A stretch of 64,000 nucleotides of DNA from Elusimicrobiota bacterium (GTDB lineage Bacteria; Elusimicrobiota; Elusimicrobia; F11). Under the pieces are notes generated by a model. The model saw only the letters and a list, made by a program, of their open reading frames with translations, ran no database searches and had not been told where the DNA came from. How positions within the stretch are numbered: the stretch's first letter is position 1; each line of letters starts with the position of its first letter. Position numbers and translations under genes: made by a program. Location: contig JBGAON010000001.1 in NCBI GenBank assembly GCA_044221725.1, forward strand, positions 576,001 through 640,000, in the 5' to 3' direction. Positions 48,110 to 57,730 of this stretch are shown here, piece by piece.

Positions 48110-49935
48110 GAAAAGGTTTTTAGCTTTTTTTGAACTTCGCCCAGACGTTTTGTGAGATCACTGACCTTGGAAACGTCTTGGTGCGTTTCCGGGTTTCCGA
48201 GAGCTTCCATTATTTGTGTTTCTTCCTTGGTCAATTCGTCTTTCTCGCTCAGCAGTGACTTGCCTTCGCGTTGCGCTCGGTAACGGGCGTTGCGTTCCTC
48301 GGCTTCTTTTCGCTTTTGTTCTTTTGATTTGCGTCCACCGCTGGACGGCGCGGAGCTCGTCCCGGCTAGATCGTCAGTCTTTTTGACGGGCGCAGCAGGA
48401 TGATGCGCCGCCTCTATTCTCTCTTCGCTCCGAAACAGTTCCGCCTCTTCGCCCTCTTCGAGCGACTTCTTGTGCAGGAAATAATCGTATCCGCCCGGAT
48501 ACAATGTCACCTTGCCTTGATTCACATGCAACACGTTGTCAACGAGTTGCCTCAAGAAATAGACGTCGTGGCTGATCACGCACAGCGTTCCTTCGTACGC
48601 TTTCAGCGCTTCAATTAGTCGCTCAACGCTGGCGATATCCAAGTGCGTGGTTGGTTCGTCCATTAGTAACAGATTCGGAGGGTCAAGCAACAATTTCGCG
48701 AGGCCGAGGCGACTTTTTTCTCCGCCGCTCAGTACCTCCACTTTCTTGAATGCCATGTCACCATGGAAAAGAAAACTTCCAAGCACGGTGCGGATCGTTG
48801 TTTCCGAATGCGCCCGGCGCGTGTCGCAACCTTCTTGAAAAACGGTGCGGCCTTCTTTGAACATTTCGGCGCGGTGTTGCGAGAAATAGCCGACCTCCAC
48901 ATCAAAGCCGAGTTTTCGTTCCCCAGACTGGAATGGAATTTGCCCGGCCAAAAGTTTTAACAGCGTGGATTTCCCGGCGCCGTTCGGACCCACGAACGCG
49001 ATTTTTTGCCCGCGCTCGAGTGTGAGATCAAGTCCGTCGTAGACGAAGCGTTTGCCGTCGTACGATTGCCGAATGTTTTTCAGAACGAGCACGTTGTGTC
49101 CGCTGCGCTTTGGTTGGGGGAACGAAAAGCCCACGGTTTTCTGTTCGTCGGGCAACACGATCCGCTCCATGCGCTCCAAATATTTGATTTTGCTTTGAAC
49201 GCTCGCGGCCAATGACGCTTTTGCTCGGAACCGGCTGATAAAGATTTCGAGATCTTCAATTTCTTTCTGCTGGCGCTTCCAAGCATTTAAGAGATCTTCT
49301 TCTTCCTTTTTGCGCTGGGCGAGATAGTCTTCGAACGAGCCGTGGTAGGTTTTTAGTTTCGCTTCGCGTACTTCGACGATGCGGTTCGTAACCGAATTAA
49401 TGAATTCCCGGTCGTGGGATATGAGAAACAGCGCACCGCGATACGATTGCAAATGGTTTTGGAACCACAACAGCGACTCGAGGTCCAGGTGGTTCGTTGG
49501 CTCATCCAGCATCAGCAGGTCCGGTTCATCAAGCAATAGCCGCGCGATCATTACACGCATTTGCCATCCGCCCGAAAGTTCGGAGACGGGGCGTTGAAAA
49601 TCCGTTACCTTGAAACCCAATCCCATAAGGATTTTTTTTGCCTGCGCTTCACGGCGGTTGTCGGCAACATCGTCTCCGATCGTCTCTTCAACGACACTTT
49701 TGCCGGAATGATTTGGTGTTTCTTGTGGCAGGTAACCGAAGCGCACGCCGGACCTGAGCGCCACTTCACCGTTGTCGGGTTGTTCGGCGCCCATGATGAT
49801 TTTAAAAAGTGTGGACTTGCCGGCGCCGTTCGGCCCCACGAGCGCAAAACGGTCTCCGGTGTTGATTTGAAGCGAAATATCTTCAAACAGGGTTTGTGCG
49901 CCAAACGATTTGCTGATGTTGCGGAGCGTGATCAT
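48106..49935 (-). CDS. ABC-F family ATPase
   Basis: Two ABC domains (GPNGAGKST twice, LSGG, DEPT) and no TM segments. Confidence 0.92.
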   Translation of the reverse strand: MITLRNISKSFGAQTLFEDISLQINTGDRFALVGPNGAGKSTLFKIIMGAEQPDNGEVALRSGVRFGYLPQETPNHSGKSVVEETIGDDVADNRREAQAKKILMGLGFKVTDFQRPVSELSGGWQMRVMIARLLLDEPDLLMLDEPTNHLDLESLLWFQNHLQSYRGALFLISHDREFINSVTNRIVEVREAKLKTYHGSFEDYLAQRKKEEEDLLNAWKRQQKEIEDLEIFISRFRAKASLAASVQSKIKYLERMERIVLPDEQKTVGFSFPQPKRSGHNVLVLKNIRQSYDGKRFVYDGLDLTLERGQKIAFVGPNGAGKSTLLKLLAGQIPFQSGERKLGFDVEVGYFSQHRAEMFKEGRTVFQEGCDTRRAHSETTIRTVLGSFLFHGDMAFKKVEVLSGGEKSRLGLAKLLLDPPNLLLMDEPTTHLDIASVERLIEALKAYEGTLCVISHDVYFLRQLVDNVLHVNQGKVTLYPGGYDYFLHKKSLEEGEEAELFRSEERIEAAHHPAAPVKKTDDLAGTSSAPSSGGRKSKEQKRKEAEERNARYRAQREGKSLLSEKDELTKEETQIMEALGNPETHQDVSKVSDLTKRLGEVQKKLKTFS

Positions 49936-49943
49936 GAGCGGAT

Positions 49944-50942
49944 TTATTTCGTACGGGATTTAACGGCCGCGTTCGCGAGCGAGGTGAGCTTCCCGATCGC
50001 TTCATCCACTGTGCGGGTTTTAAGTCCCGCATCGGTGGAGAGCCAGATGCGATGGGCCGGCAAAACTTTTCGGACCTGTTTCACATGGGCCAGGATATCT
50101 TTCGGTGTTTCGATTGCGTGGTTGTGCGAATTCACCACGCCGACCGTCAGGTCTTTGTCTGTGGGGAATTTGCGAAGCGTTGGCAACGCACGGAAATTTG
50201 AATTGATCATTTCGATATGAAAATTCTGAACCGGCAGCTTTCGAAGTTGCGGCCAACAAAGGCTCATGTCGCCGACGCCGAGTCGCAAAATATAATACGC
50301 CCGACCCTTCTTTAATAGTTCCTTGAGAGCGTCCATCGCCAGCGACAGCTCAGTCGCGTTGCCGGGAATGGCGAGTTCGTCGATTTGAATGATCTTTGCT
50401 CCGGCTTCAATTAGGTAGCCGCTTTCTTTGGTCAATACGTGTGTAAGGTCGCGGCACAATGTTTCGCGCGACTCGTAGTATTCGTTGAAGGTCCAACTCA
50501 TTAGTGTGTAGGGGCCTGTCAGGACCGCCTTCACCGGTTTGTGCGTCAGGCGTTGCGCGTATTTCCAATGGTCCAAAATGAGTTGGCCTTTCCATTCTAT
50601 TTTGGATTTGATGATGGGCTTGTGCGTGAAACGATTTCCGTAGCTGCGCACGATGCCGCCATCGCTAAAGCCGTCGATCCGCTTAGCGAAATAGTTAATG
50701 AGGTCGCTGCGGTACATCTCACCATCAACGAGCACATCCAATCCCATTCGTTCTTGCTGGCGGACCCAAATCTCGGTCGAAAGTTTCTCTTTTCGCTCGA
50801 GTTCGGCCGCTTGTTGGATTCCTTTCGATACGCGGTAGCGCATTTCAACAAGTTCCGTTTGTTTGGGCAGCGAACTGGCGGCGCACGCCGGAAACAACGG
50901 AAGGTTCAGTAACGATTTCTTAGTGGGTGCCGATGGTTTCAT
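49944..50942 (-). CDS. MetE C-terminal-half homolog lacking zinc ligands
   Basis: QE..GLDVLVDGE.YR.D, K.VLTGP.T, IIQIDE, D.GLKTR; ATG 50942 preferred. Confidence 0.8.
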   Translation of the reverse strand: MKPSAPTKKSLLNLPLFPACAASSLPKQTELVEMRYRVSKGIQQAAELERKEKLSTEIWVRQQERMGLDVLVDGEMYRSDLINYFAKRIDGFSDGGIVRSYGNRFTHKPIIKSKIEWKGQLILDHWKYAQRLTHKPVKAVLTGPYTLMSWTFNEYYESRETLCRDLTHVLTKESGYLIEAGAKIIQIDELAIPGNATELSLAMDALKELLKKGRAYYILRLGVGDMSLCWPQLRKLPVQNFHIEMINSNFRALPTLRKFPTDKDLTVGVVNSHNHAIETPKDILAHVKQVRKVLPAHRIWLSTDAGLKTRTVDEAIGKLTSLANAAVKSRTK

Positions 50943-51930
50943 GGGAAGAGAGCACTTCGTCACGGACGTCTCGTAAAATTTGAAGTTTTCGGAGCGCCTT
51001 TGGCCGCGGCACGAATTCAAGACCGGTGGAGGGCGTGAGGAAAATTCGGGAAGCGGTTGTTTTTTCCCGCCAGCGCGAGACCGCGGTTGAAAGTTTATGC
51101 GCTTGCTCCTCAAGCGTGTTTCGGGAATTCACGATGCCCAGCCCGATTTCTTTCGTGCCGGGCTTGTTCAGCATCTGTGCAAACAAGGCGTCACCGTCCC
51201 AAGTGAAGTCGAGCACGATTTGCTGCACGGGCAATTCATCAAGCAAGCGCCAAAGCTTGGCAAGCGGCCCGAACCCCAGCGATACGGCAAACGTTACGGC
51301 GGGACCCTTCGGTATCATTTTTTCGAAATTCTTCTTCGCCCAGGCGAAAGTGTCGGGGTTCGTAACGAGTGACGGCTCGTCAATCTGGATTGTTTTTGCT
51401 CCGACTTTAACCAGCGCCGCAATTTCTTCGCGGATCACATCGACAAAAAAATCGTTCCGCTTGATCGTTGCCCCATAGTTTTTCGCTGTCGCGTCCGTGT
51501 GCAACGCGAGGGTCATCGGACCGGTCACAACGGCGCGCACCGGTTTGCTTGAAATGCTTTGGGCGTATTGGTACTCGGCGGCGATGACGGGGCCTTTGAA
51601 TCGCGGCGTCGACGTGAACCTCGGCTGTCGATAATAAAAGTTGGAATTGAAGTACGGCATGAGTCCGCCGCGTTCAATGCCGGCGACGTTTTTGCAGAAG
51701 TGCGAAATCGGGTCCTGCCAGCTGACGAGTCCATCCGTTACTTCGTCGATTTGGGCGTTGATTTGTTCGTGAACAATCTCTTGGATCACCGATTGCTCAA
51801 CGTCACGAAACGCGTGCGCCGAAATTTGTTTCGATTCAAAATGCGCGTGCCCCCGGCGATAGCGCTGTTGATCTTTCTCCTCGCCGATACGCGGGTAACT
51901 TCCAATATTCGCGACCAAAATATCCGTCAT
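50920..51930 (-). CDS. MetE N-terminal-half homolog (split methionine synthase subunit)
   Basis: GSYPRIG, YF.SNFYYR.P, TGP.T, IQIDEP, GIV..RN. Confidence 0.8.
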   Translation of the reverse strand: MTDILVANIGSYPRIGEEKDQQRYRRGHAHFESKQISAHAFRDVEQSVIQEIVHEQINAQIDEVTDGLVSWQDPISHFCKNVAGIERGGLMPYFNSNFYYRQPRFTSTPRFKGPVIAAEYQYAQSISSKPVRAVVTGPMTLALHTDATAKNYGATIKRNDFFVDVIREEIAALVKVGAKTIQIDEPSLVTNPDTFAWAKKNFEKMIPKGPAVTFAVSLGFGPLAKLWRLLDELPVQQIVLDFTWDGDALFAQMLNKPGTKEIGLGIVNSRNTLEEQAHKLSTAVSRWREKTTASRIFLTPSTGLEFVPRPKALRKLQILRDVRDEVLSSHETIGTH

Positions 51931-51983
51931 TGCCGACGGAGATTAGTAGAAATGGATTCGCGGGGCGAGTATAATTCTTCGCT

Positions 51984-52271
51984 ATGAAAACAATTGATTT
52001 TGATGTGAATGGAAAAAAGGCCAATGGTGTTGAAATTCCGCTGCCCAAGGCGCCGCTGGTTTTGGCGTCGGGGCCCGGCGGGTTCGTGATGTGCGGTTAT
52101 TTGAACGTTGAAGTGGCCGAGAAGCTGGAGGTCGCGGCGGCTATGGTGCGCGGCGTTTCCACGGTGGACGATTTGCTCAAGGCAAATGTTGTGAGTTGCA
52201 CAAAAGCGGCCGCGGCCAAAGGCGTGACGGCCGGAATGACCGGCAAAGAAGCACTCGCGAAACTTTTGTGA
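51984..52271 (+). CDS. YunC (DUF1805) family protein
   Basis: GFVMCGYLN...AA.V.GV....DLL...G...GMTGKEAL. Confidence 0.85.
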   Translation: MKTIDFDVNGKKANGVEIPLPKAPLVLASGPGGFVMCGYLNVEVAEKLEVAAAMVRGVSTVDDLLKANVVSCTKAAAAKGVTAGMTGKEALAKLL

Positions 52272-53659
52272 CGGAAATTCGCATCGATCGGCTCGCGCTC
52301 GATGGCGATGGGATTGGGCGGCTGGCCAACGGCCAGGCCGCGTTCGTCCCATACGGTTTGCCGAATGAAACTGTCCAAGCTTCTGTTCTGATTCAGAAGA
52401 AGAACCACTCCCGCTGGCTCCCGAAGAAAATCGTAACGCCATCGCCCGATCGTATTGCTCCCAAGTGCCCGTATCACTTTGATGTCGGTCGCAACGCGCT
52501 CGCGTGCGGCGGCTGTGATTGGCAACACATGCCCACCGCGGTGCAGGTGAGAAACAAGCGTCAGCTCGTGGTTGAAACTTTTGAGCGTTTGGGTGGCGTG
52601 AAAAATCCGCCCGTCAAAGAAATGATTTCGTCGCCTCAGGAATGGCGTTACCGCAACAAAGTGCAAGTGCCGTTCGGTCGCGACGGCAAACATGTTATCG
52701 CCGGCTTTTTTGCGCCGGGCAGCCACACAATCGTCGACTTTGATGATTGCCTGATTCAACCCGAATTTTCTGTCGACATCGTTCGGTTTGTGAAGATGTG
52801 GGCCAACGCGAGCCCGTGGGCGCCGTACAATGAAGACAAACGCGTGGGTTGGATTCGTCATTTGCTGGTGCGCACAAACGAGCGCGGCCAAGCCCTTGTG
52901 ACGCTCGTGACCGCGTCGGAATTTTTTCGGGATCGGGATGCGTTCGTGTCCGCGCTACGAAAAAAATTTCCAAACGTGGTCGGAATTCACCAGAACATTC
53001 AGAAAGCGCCGACCCACGTGATCTTGGGGCCCAAGTGGATACGGCTTTGGGGCGCCGACACGATTGATGAAACGATGCTCGGAATTCGACTGGCCTGTTC
53101 GGCCGGCTCGTTTTTCCAGGTGAACAAATTTGCGGCAGAGCTTTTGTACAAGAAGGCGATCGAGGAAACGGCGATTACGAAGGATTCTCATGTTCTGGAT
53201 ATTTACTGCGGCGGCGGAGCGTTGACGCTGGCGGCCGCGCGATTGGCTCGGCATGCGACCGGCGTGGAAGCGGTGCCTTCCGCCATTCGCGATGCCAAAC
53301 GAAACGCGGTGCAAAACAATATTCGAAATGTTGATTTTATGGAGGGGGATGCGGCGTGGGTAATGCAGGACATTGCCAAAAACCGTCAATTTAGAAGTGG
53401 GCCCTGGATAAAAGATTTCCAGGGCGACGGCCTGTTGGTGCTTCTTGATCCTCCCCGCTCGGGGTGTGAGCCGCGCGTGTTGGATGCGCTTTTGCGTTTA
53501 AATCCGTTGCGCATCGTTTATGTCTCATGTCATCCGGCCACACTCGCTCGCGACGTGAAGCATTTATCACGCCAATATAAGCCGACATCCATCACGCCCG
53601 TCGATTTGTTTCCGCAAACCTCGCACATCGAAACCGTATGCCGACTGGAACGTCAGTAA
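52268..53659 (+). CDS. rlmD: 23S rRNA m5U1939 methyltransferase
   Basis: TRAM domain, CGGCDWQH, YRNK, SFFQVN, DPPR.G, YVSC.P.TLARD, FPQT.HIE; GTG overlaps the yunC stop. Confidence 0.92.
   Translation: MTEIRIDRLALDGDGIGRLANGQAAFVPYGLPNETVQASVLIQKKNHSRWLPKKIVTPSPDRIAPKCPYHFDVGRNALACGGCDWQHMPTAVQVRNKRQLVVETFERLGGVKNPPVKEMISSPQEWRYRNKVQVPFGRDGKHVIAGFFAPGSHTIVDFDDCLIQPEFSVDIVRFVKMWANASPWAPYNEDKRVGWIRHLLVRTNERGQALVTLVTASEFFRDRDAFVSALRKKFPNVVGIHQNIQKAPTHVILGPKWIRLWGADTIDETMLGIRLACSAGSFFQVNKFAAELLYKKAIEETAITKDSHVLDIYCGGGALTLAAARLARHATGVEAVPSAIRDAKRNAVQNNIRNVDFMEGDAAWVMQDIAKNRQFRSGPWIKDFQGDGLLVLLDPPRSGCEPRVLDALLRLNPLRIVYVSCHPATLARDVKHLSRQYKPTSITPVDLFPQTSHIETVCRLERQ
53398..53429 (-). repeat. CGTC-tagged palindrome in frame within rlmD
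   Basis: Minus strand CGTCGCCCTGGAAATCTTTTATCCAGGGCCCA; 8-bp stem. Confidence 0.5.
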
Positions 53660-56600
53660 AAATTTCCGGAATGCCGCGCGGTGCGCTGGCGTGGTGGCTC
53701 CTTCAGAACAAAAGCGATAAGAAAAGGCTCGTCGTGCTGCCCGCCGAAGAAGAGGTGATGAGCCTCGTCGACGATATGCGCGCGCTTTTTAAAATTCCCG
53801 ACGCGGGCCTGCCGAAGCCGTTCCTTATCGAAGGGTACACGAGCGACGATGAGCCGGAGCGACTGACGGCTCTTTACCAGTGGACATTTGGCAAAGCGAT
53901 GTTGCTCGTCGCGTCAAAAGAAGGATTAGCGCTTCCGGTCGATCGACCGGACGACCTGCGGCGACGCACATTCAAACTAAAACCCGGCATGACGATTGGC
54001 CGATCGGCGTTCGAAGAAATGCTTTCGAGCGCTGGCTACACGCGCAACGAACGAACCGAGCAGGTGGGCGAATATTCGATTCGCGGTGATGTGGTCGACA
54101 TTTGGCCGACGCGCTTGGGCGCGATTCGGCTCACTTGGAATTTCGACACGCTCGAAGCGATTCGCACGATCGACATGCACACGCTGCGGTCGGAGGAATT
54201 TCTTGGCGAAGCCACGCTTTATCCGATAACGGCCGGAACCGGCGCAACCCTTGAGGACTACAGTCCCTCTCCCCAACGGGAAGGGGGCCGGGTGAGGGAC
54301 GGCGCTGAGGATGACGGAGAGATTGTCTTTGTCGAACCCGGCGAAAACAGTCACCCAGAATTTCAACCGCTGCCCGCCATCGGCGGTAGCATGGACCGCC
54401 TCCGCGATCAACTCACAAATTGGCACGACGACGATTGGAAGGTCACCCTTTTCTGTCACAACCGCGGCGAACGGGAGCGTCTTGAAGAATTGCTGATCGA
54501 TCCCCTCACCGCTGCTCGGGGCGCGCGGCCACCCTGGCTTCCTCCTATTATTATAGGGGAGCTTGAACACGGGTTTGCAAGCGACCAATTGCGCTTGGCC
54601 GTGCTGCCGAACAGCGAGATCTTCGGCCGCTTCCGCAAGCGTGTGCGATTACCGAAGTTTGAGGGCGGCGGAGCTTTGGGTTCCGCGCTCGATGTTCGGC
54701 CGAACGATTATCTCGTGCATGAGAAACACGGCATTGGGCGGTATCAGGGGCTGCGGTCGCTCAAAGTCGGAAAAGTGACCTCGGAGTTCCTCGCGATCGA
54801 ATACAAAGGCGGCGACAAACTTTACGTTCCTATTTTTGAGATTCAGCAGGTGCAAAAATACTTGGGCGCGGAAGGAAAGCGCCCGGCGCTCTCAAGTTTG
54901 GACACGGCCGCCTGGGAACGCATCAAGTCCAAGGTTAAAGAAGACGTCGCGAAATTGGCCGCGGATCTGTTGCGCAAAGCAGCAAAACGCTCCGTGCGGC
55001 CCGGTTATGCGTTTCCGCCGCGCACGCATTTGGAAGACGAATTTTCGGCGAGCTTTATGTACGAGCTCACGCCCGATCAGAAGAAAACACTCGATGAAGT
55101 GGAACAAGACATGATGGCGCCCAAGGCGATGGATCGCTTGATATGTGGCGACGTGGGTTACGGAAAAACCGAAATTGCGATGCGCGCGGCGCTGAAGGCG
55201 GCGCTCGCCGGCAAGCAAGTCTGTCTTTTGTGTCCGACGACGATTCTTGCCGAACAGCACGCGCGAAATTTTGCCGAACGCATGGCCGATTACCCGGTGA
55301 CCGTGAAATTTATTTCGCGGTTTCAAGAAAAGTCGGAACAAAAGAAAATTCTCGAGCTGGTCGCCAAAGGAGGCGTCGATATCATTATAGGTACGCACCG
55401 GCTTTTGTCGGCCGATGTGACGTTCGCCAACGTCGGACTTTTGATTATCGACGAGGAACACCGATTTGGCGTGAAGCAAAAGAACAAACTGCTCGCGCTG
55501 CGCGAAACCGTGGATGTGTTGTCGTTGACCGCGACGCCGATTCCGCGAACGCTCGCATCTTCGCTGGCCGGCATCAAAGATTTGTCGGTGATCGAAACGC
55601 CGCCCGAAGGCCGGTTGCCGATCTCGACCCATGTCGGACTTTTTGATGAAGATCTCATGGCGAAAGCCGTGCAACAAGAATTGGACCGCGGCGGACAAGT
55701 TTTTTACGTGCACAATCGTGTGAAGACGCTGCAAGCCCGAAAAACGTGGCTCGAGGGAATTTTGCCATCCATCCGCATTTCCATGGCCCACGGGCAGATG
55801 AAAGAAGACGAACTTGAATCCGCCATGCACGATTTCTTGCACAAAAAAGTCGACGTGCTCTTAGCCACCACGATTATTGAATCGGGATTGGATATACCAT
55901 CGGTCAACACGCTGATCGTCGAAGAAGCGGAAGAATTGGGGCTCGCCCAGCTCTATCAATTGCGTGGCCGCGTCGGTCGTTCGAAAATGCGTGCGTATTG
56001 CTATTTGTTTTATGCAACGGGTGGACTTACAACCGATGCGAAAAAACGATTGGAAGCGCTGAAAGAATTCACGGCGCTTGGAAGCGGTCTGCGTCTTGCA
56101 ATGCGGGATATGGAAATTCGTGGCGCCGGAAACTTGCTCGGACCACAGCAGCACGGCAACATGGCCGCGGTCGGTATCGAAACCTACAGCAAGCTGCTAA
56201 ACGAAGAGATCCACAAAATTCAAGGCGAAGCGCCCGAAGAAGCGGCCGGCGGACCGCTGTTTGAACTGTCCCTTTCGGCTTACATTCCCGACGACTATAT
56301 GCCGGCGGAGTCCGAGCGTGTGCACATGTACAAACGAATTTTGTCGGCGAACGCCGTTGATCTTCAAAAAATTAAAGAAGAACTGGTGGACCGGTGCGGG
56401 CCGCTCGTTCCGCCAGTAAAACTTTTGTTTGATACAGCAGCGCTGCGGCTCATCGCACACGACAAGGGCGTGAGCGAGGTGCATGAAGAGTCCGACGGCA
56501 TCCTCATTTATTTCCGTCCAAACTTTAAATTGCCCGAGGCTTCGTTCAATCGGTTGTTTTCAGCAAAACCGACCGAGCTTACGTTGATTCCCGGGCCGCC

Positions 56601-56718
56601 CACCGGCGTGCGCGTGTTATTTCAGCCGGAGGAGGACGGACTGGATGCGCTGGGCCGGTTTCTGAGATTCGTTTTTCCGGCTGAAGACGTTTCGAAGAAA
56701 TCCGGAGCCCGGCCGTAA
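53638..56718 (+). CDS. mfd: Transcription-repair coupling factor
   Basis: VH..HGIG.Y, GDVGYGKTE, DEEHRFGV, TATPIPRT, QLRGRVGR, D.EIRGAGN; short N-terminal region. Confidence 0.95.
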   Translation: MPTGTSVKISGMPRGALAWWLLQNKSDKKRLVVLPAEEEVMSLVDDMRALFKIPDAGLPKPFLIEGYTSDDEPERLTALYQWTFGKAMLLVASKEGLALPVDRPDDLRRRTFKLKPGMTIGRSAFEEMLSSAGYTRNERTEQVGEYSIRGDVVDIWPTRLGAIRLTWNFDTLEAIRTIDMHTLRSEEFLGEATLYPITAGTGATLEDYSPSPQREGGRVRDGAEDDGEIVFVEPGENSHPEFQPLPAIGGSMDRLRDQLTNWHDDDWKVTLFCHNRGERERLEELLIDPLTAARGARPPWLPPIIIGELEHGFASDQLRLAVLPNSEIFGRFRKRVRLPKFEGGGALGSALDVRPNDYLVHEKHGIGRYQGLRSLKVGKVTSEFLAIEYKGGDKLYVPIFEIQQVQKYLGAEGKRPALSSLDTAAWERIKSKVKEDVAKLAADLLRKAAKRSVRPGYAFPPRTHLEDEFSASFMYELTPDQKKTLDEVEQDMMAPKAMDRLICGDVGYGKTEIAMRAALKAALAGKQVCLLCPTTILAEQHARNFAERMADYPVTVKFISRFQEKSEQKKILELVAKGGVDIIIGTHRLLSADVTFANVGLLIIDEEHRFGVKQKNKLLALRETVDVLSLTATPIPRTLASSLAGIKDLSVIETPPEGRLPISTHVGLFDEDLMAKAVQQELDRGGQVFYVHNRVKTLQARKTWLEGILPSIRISMAHGQMKEDELESAMHDFLHKKVDVLLATTIIESGLDIPSVNTLIVEEAEELGLAQLYQLRGRVGRSKMRAYCYLFYATGGLTTDAKKRLEALKEFTALGSGLRLAMRDMEIRGAGNLLGPQQHGNMAAVGIETYSKLLNEEIHKIQGEAPEEAAGGPLFELSLSAYIPDDYMPAESERVHMYKRILSANAVDLQKIKEELVDRCGPLVPPVKLLFDTAALRLIAHDKGVSEVHEESDGILIYFRPNFKLPEASFNRLFSAKPTELTLIPGPPTGVRVLFQPEEDGLDALGRFLRFVFPAEDVSKKSGARP
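54264..54300. repeat. Single degenerate copy of the DUF559-associated repeat, in frame within mfd
   Basis: TCCCTCTCCCCAACGGGAAGGGGGCCGGGTGAGGGAC, read as SPSPQREGGRVRD. Confidence 0.7.
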
Positions 56719-56779
56719 TTTCGTCAAGTCGGAGCGCCGAATTGAAAACTTTTTTCAAATTGTTTCTAATCGTTGACGC

Positions 56780-57730
56780 ATGATTAACGTTTCCAACCTA
56801 ACCAAACGGTTTGGTGCCACGCTGGCCGTGGACGGAATTAGTTTTGAAATTCCGCAAGGTCAGGTGGTCGGTTTCCTTGGTCCGAACGGCGCTGGGAAAA
56901 CCACCACCATGCGGCTTCTGACCGGTTATCTTCCTCCGGACGAAGGTTCGGCTCAGCTGATGGGTTTGGATGCTCTCACGCAATCGCTCAACATTCGCCG
57001 CCATTTGGGTTACCTGCCCGAAAACAATCCGCTTCCCGATGACATTGAAGTAACCGATTACCTGCACTTTGTTGGACGCTTGCGCGGCTTGCACGACGAC
57101 AACGCACGGCTCGCGCGCGTGAAAGCGGTTCTTAAATTGGCTTCGCTGCACGCTGTCGTCGGAAAAAAGCTCGGCGAACTTTCGAAAGGCTATCGTCAGC
57201 GCGTCGGCTTGGCGCAAGCGATGATTCACGATCCCGACATTTTGATTTTGGACGAACCCACCTCGGGCTTGGACCCGAATCAGGTGCAAGAGGTGCGCGG
57301 CCTCATCGCGGATTTGAAAAAACAGAAAACCGTTATTCTCTCCACGCACATTCTCAGTGAAGTGCAACACACGTGTGACCGCGTCCTTATTATTAGCAAA
57401 GGGAAAGTGGCGGCCGATGGCACGCCGACGGACCTGGCTGGGTCGCTGCAAAACGTGAACCGACTGTACGTGTCTCTCCGGGGGCCACAAGAAGATGTGG
57501 CGCGCGAGTTGCAAAATTTGTCCGGCGTCAAACGGTTTGTTCCACAAGTGGCGGATCCTGAAGCGGCCGCCGAATTTCTGTTGGAGTCGGACGCCACTCA
57601 CGATCTTCGCGAAGACGTGTTCAATTTGGCCGTGAAAAATCGCTGGCCGATCCTCGGCCTGCAGCAGAAACGTCTGAGCCTCGAAGAGGTTTTTCGCGCG
57701 CTCACGCAGGCGGAGGCCCCTCGTGCTTGA
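56780..57730 (+). CDS. ABC transporter ATPase (GldA-like)
   Basis: GPNGAGKTT, LSKGYRQR, LDEPTSGLDP. Confidence 0.9.
   Translation: MINVSNLTKRFGATLAVDGISFEIPQGQVVGFLGPNGAGKTTTMRLLTGYLPPDEGSAQLMGLDALTQSLNIRRHLGYLPENNPLPDDIEVTDYLHFVGRLRGLHDDNARLARVKAVLKLASLHAVVGKKLGELSKGYRQRVGLAQAMIHDPDILILDEPTSGLDPNQVQEVRGLIADLKKQKTVILSTHILSEVQHTCDRVLIISKGKVAADGTPTDLAGSLQNVNRLYVSLRGPQEDVARELQNLSGVKRFVPQVADPEAAAEFLLESDATHDLREDVFNLAVKNRWPILGLQQKRLSLEEVFRALTQAEAPRA

Noticed and set aside
54501..54530. CCCCTCACC as a second repeat copy in mfd
   Set aside because: Only about 9 nt match and the core hairpin is absent.
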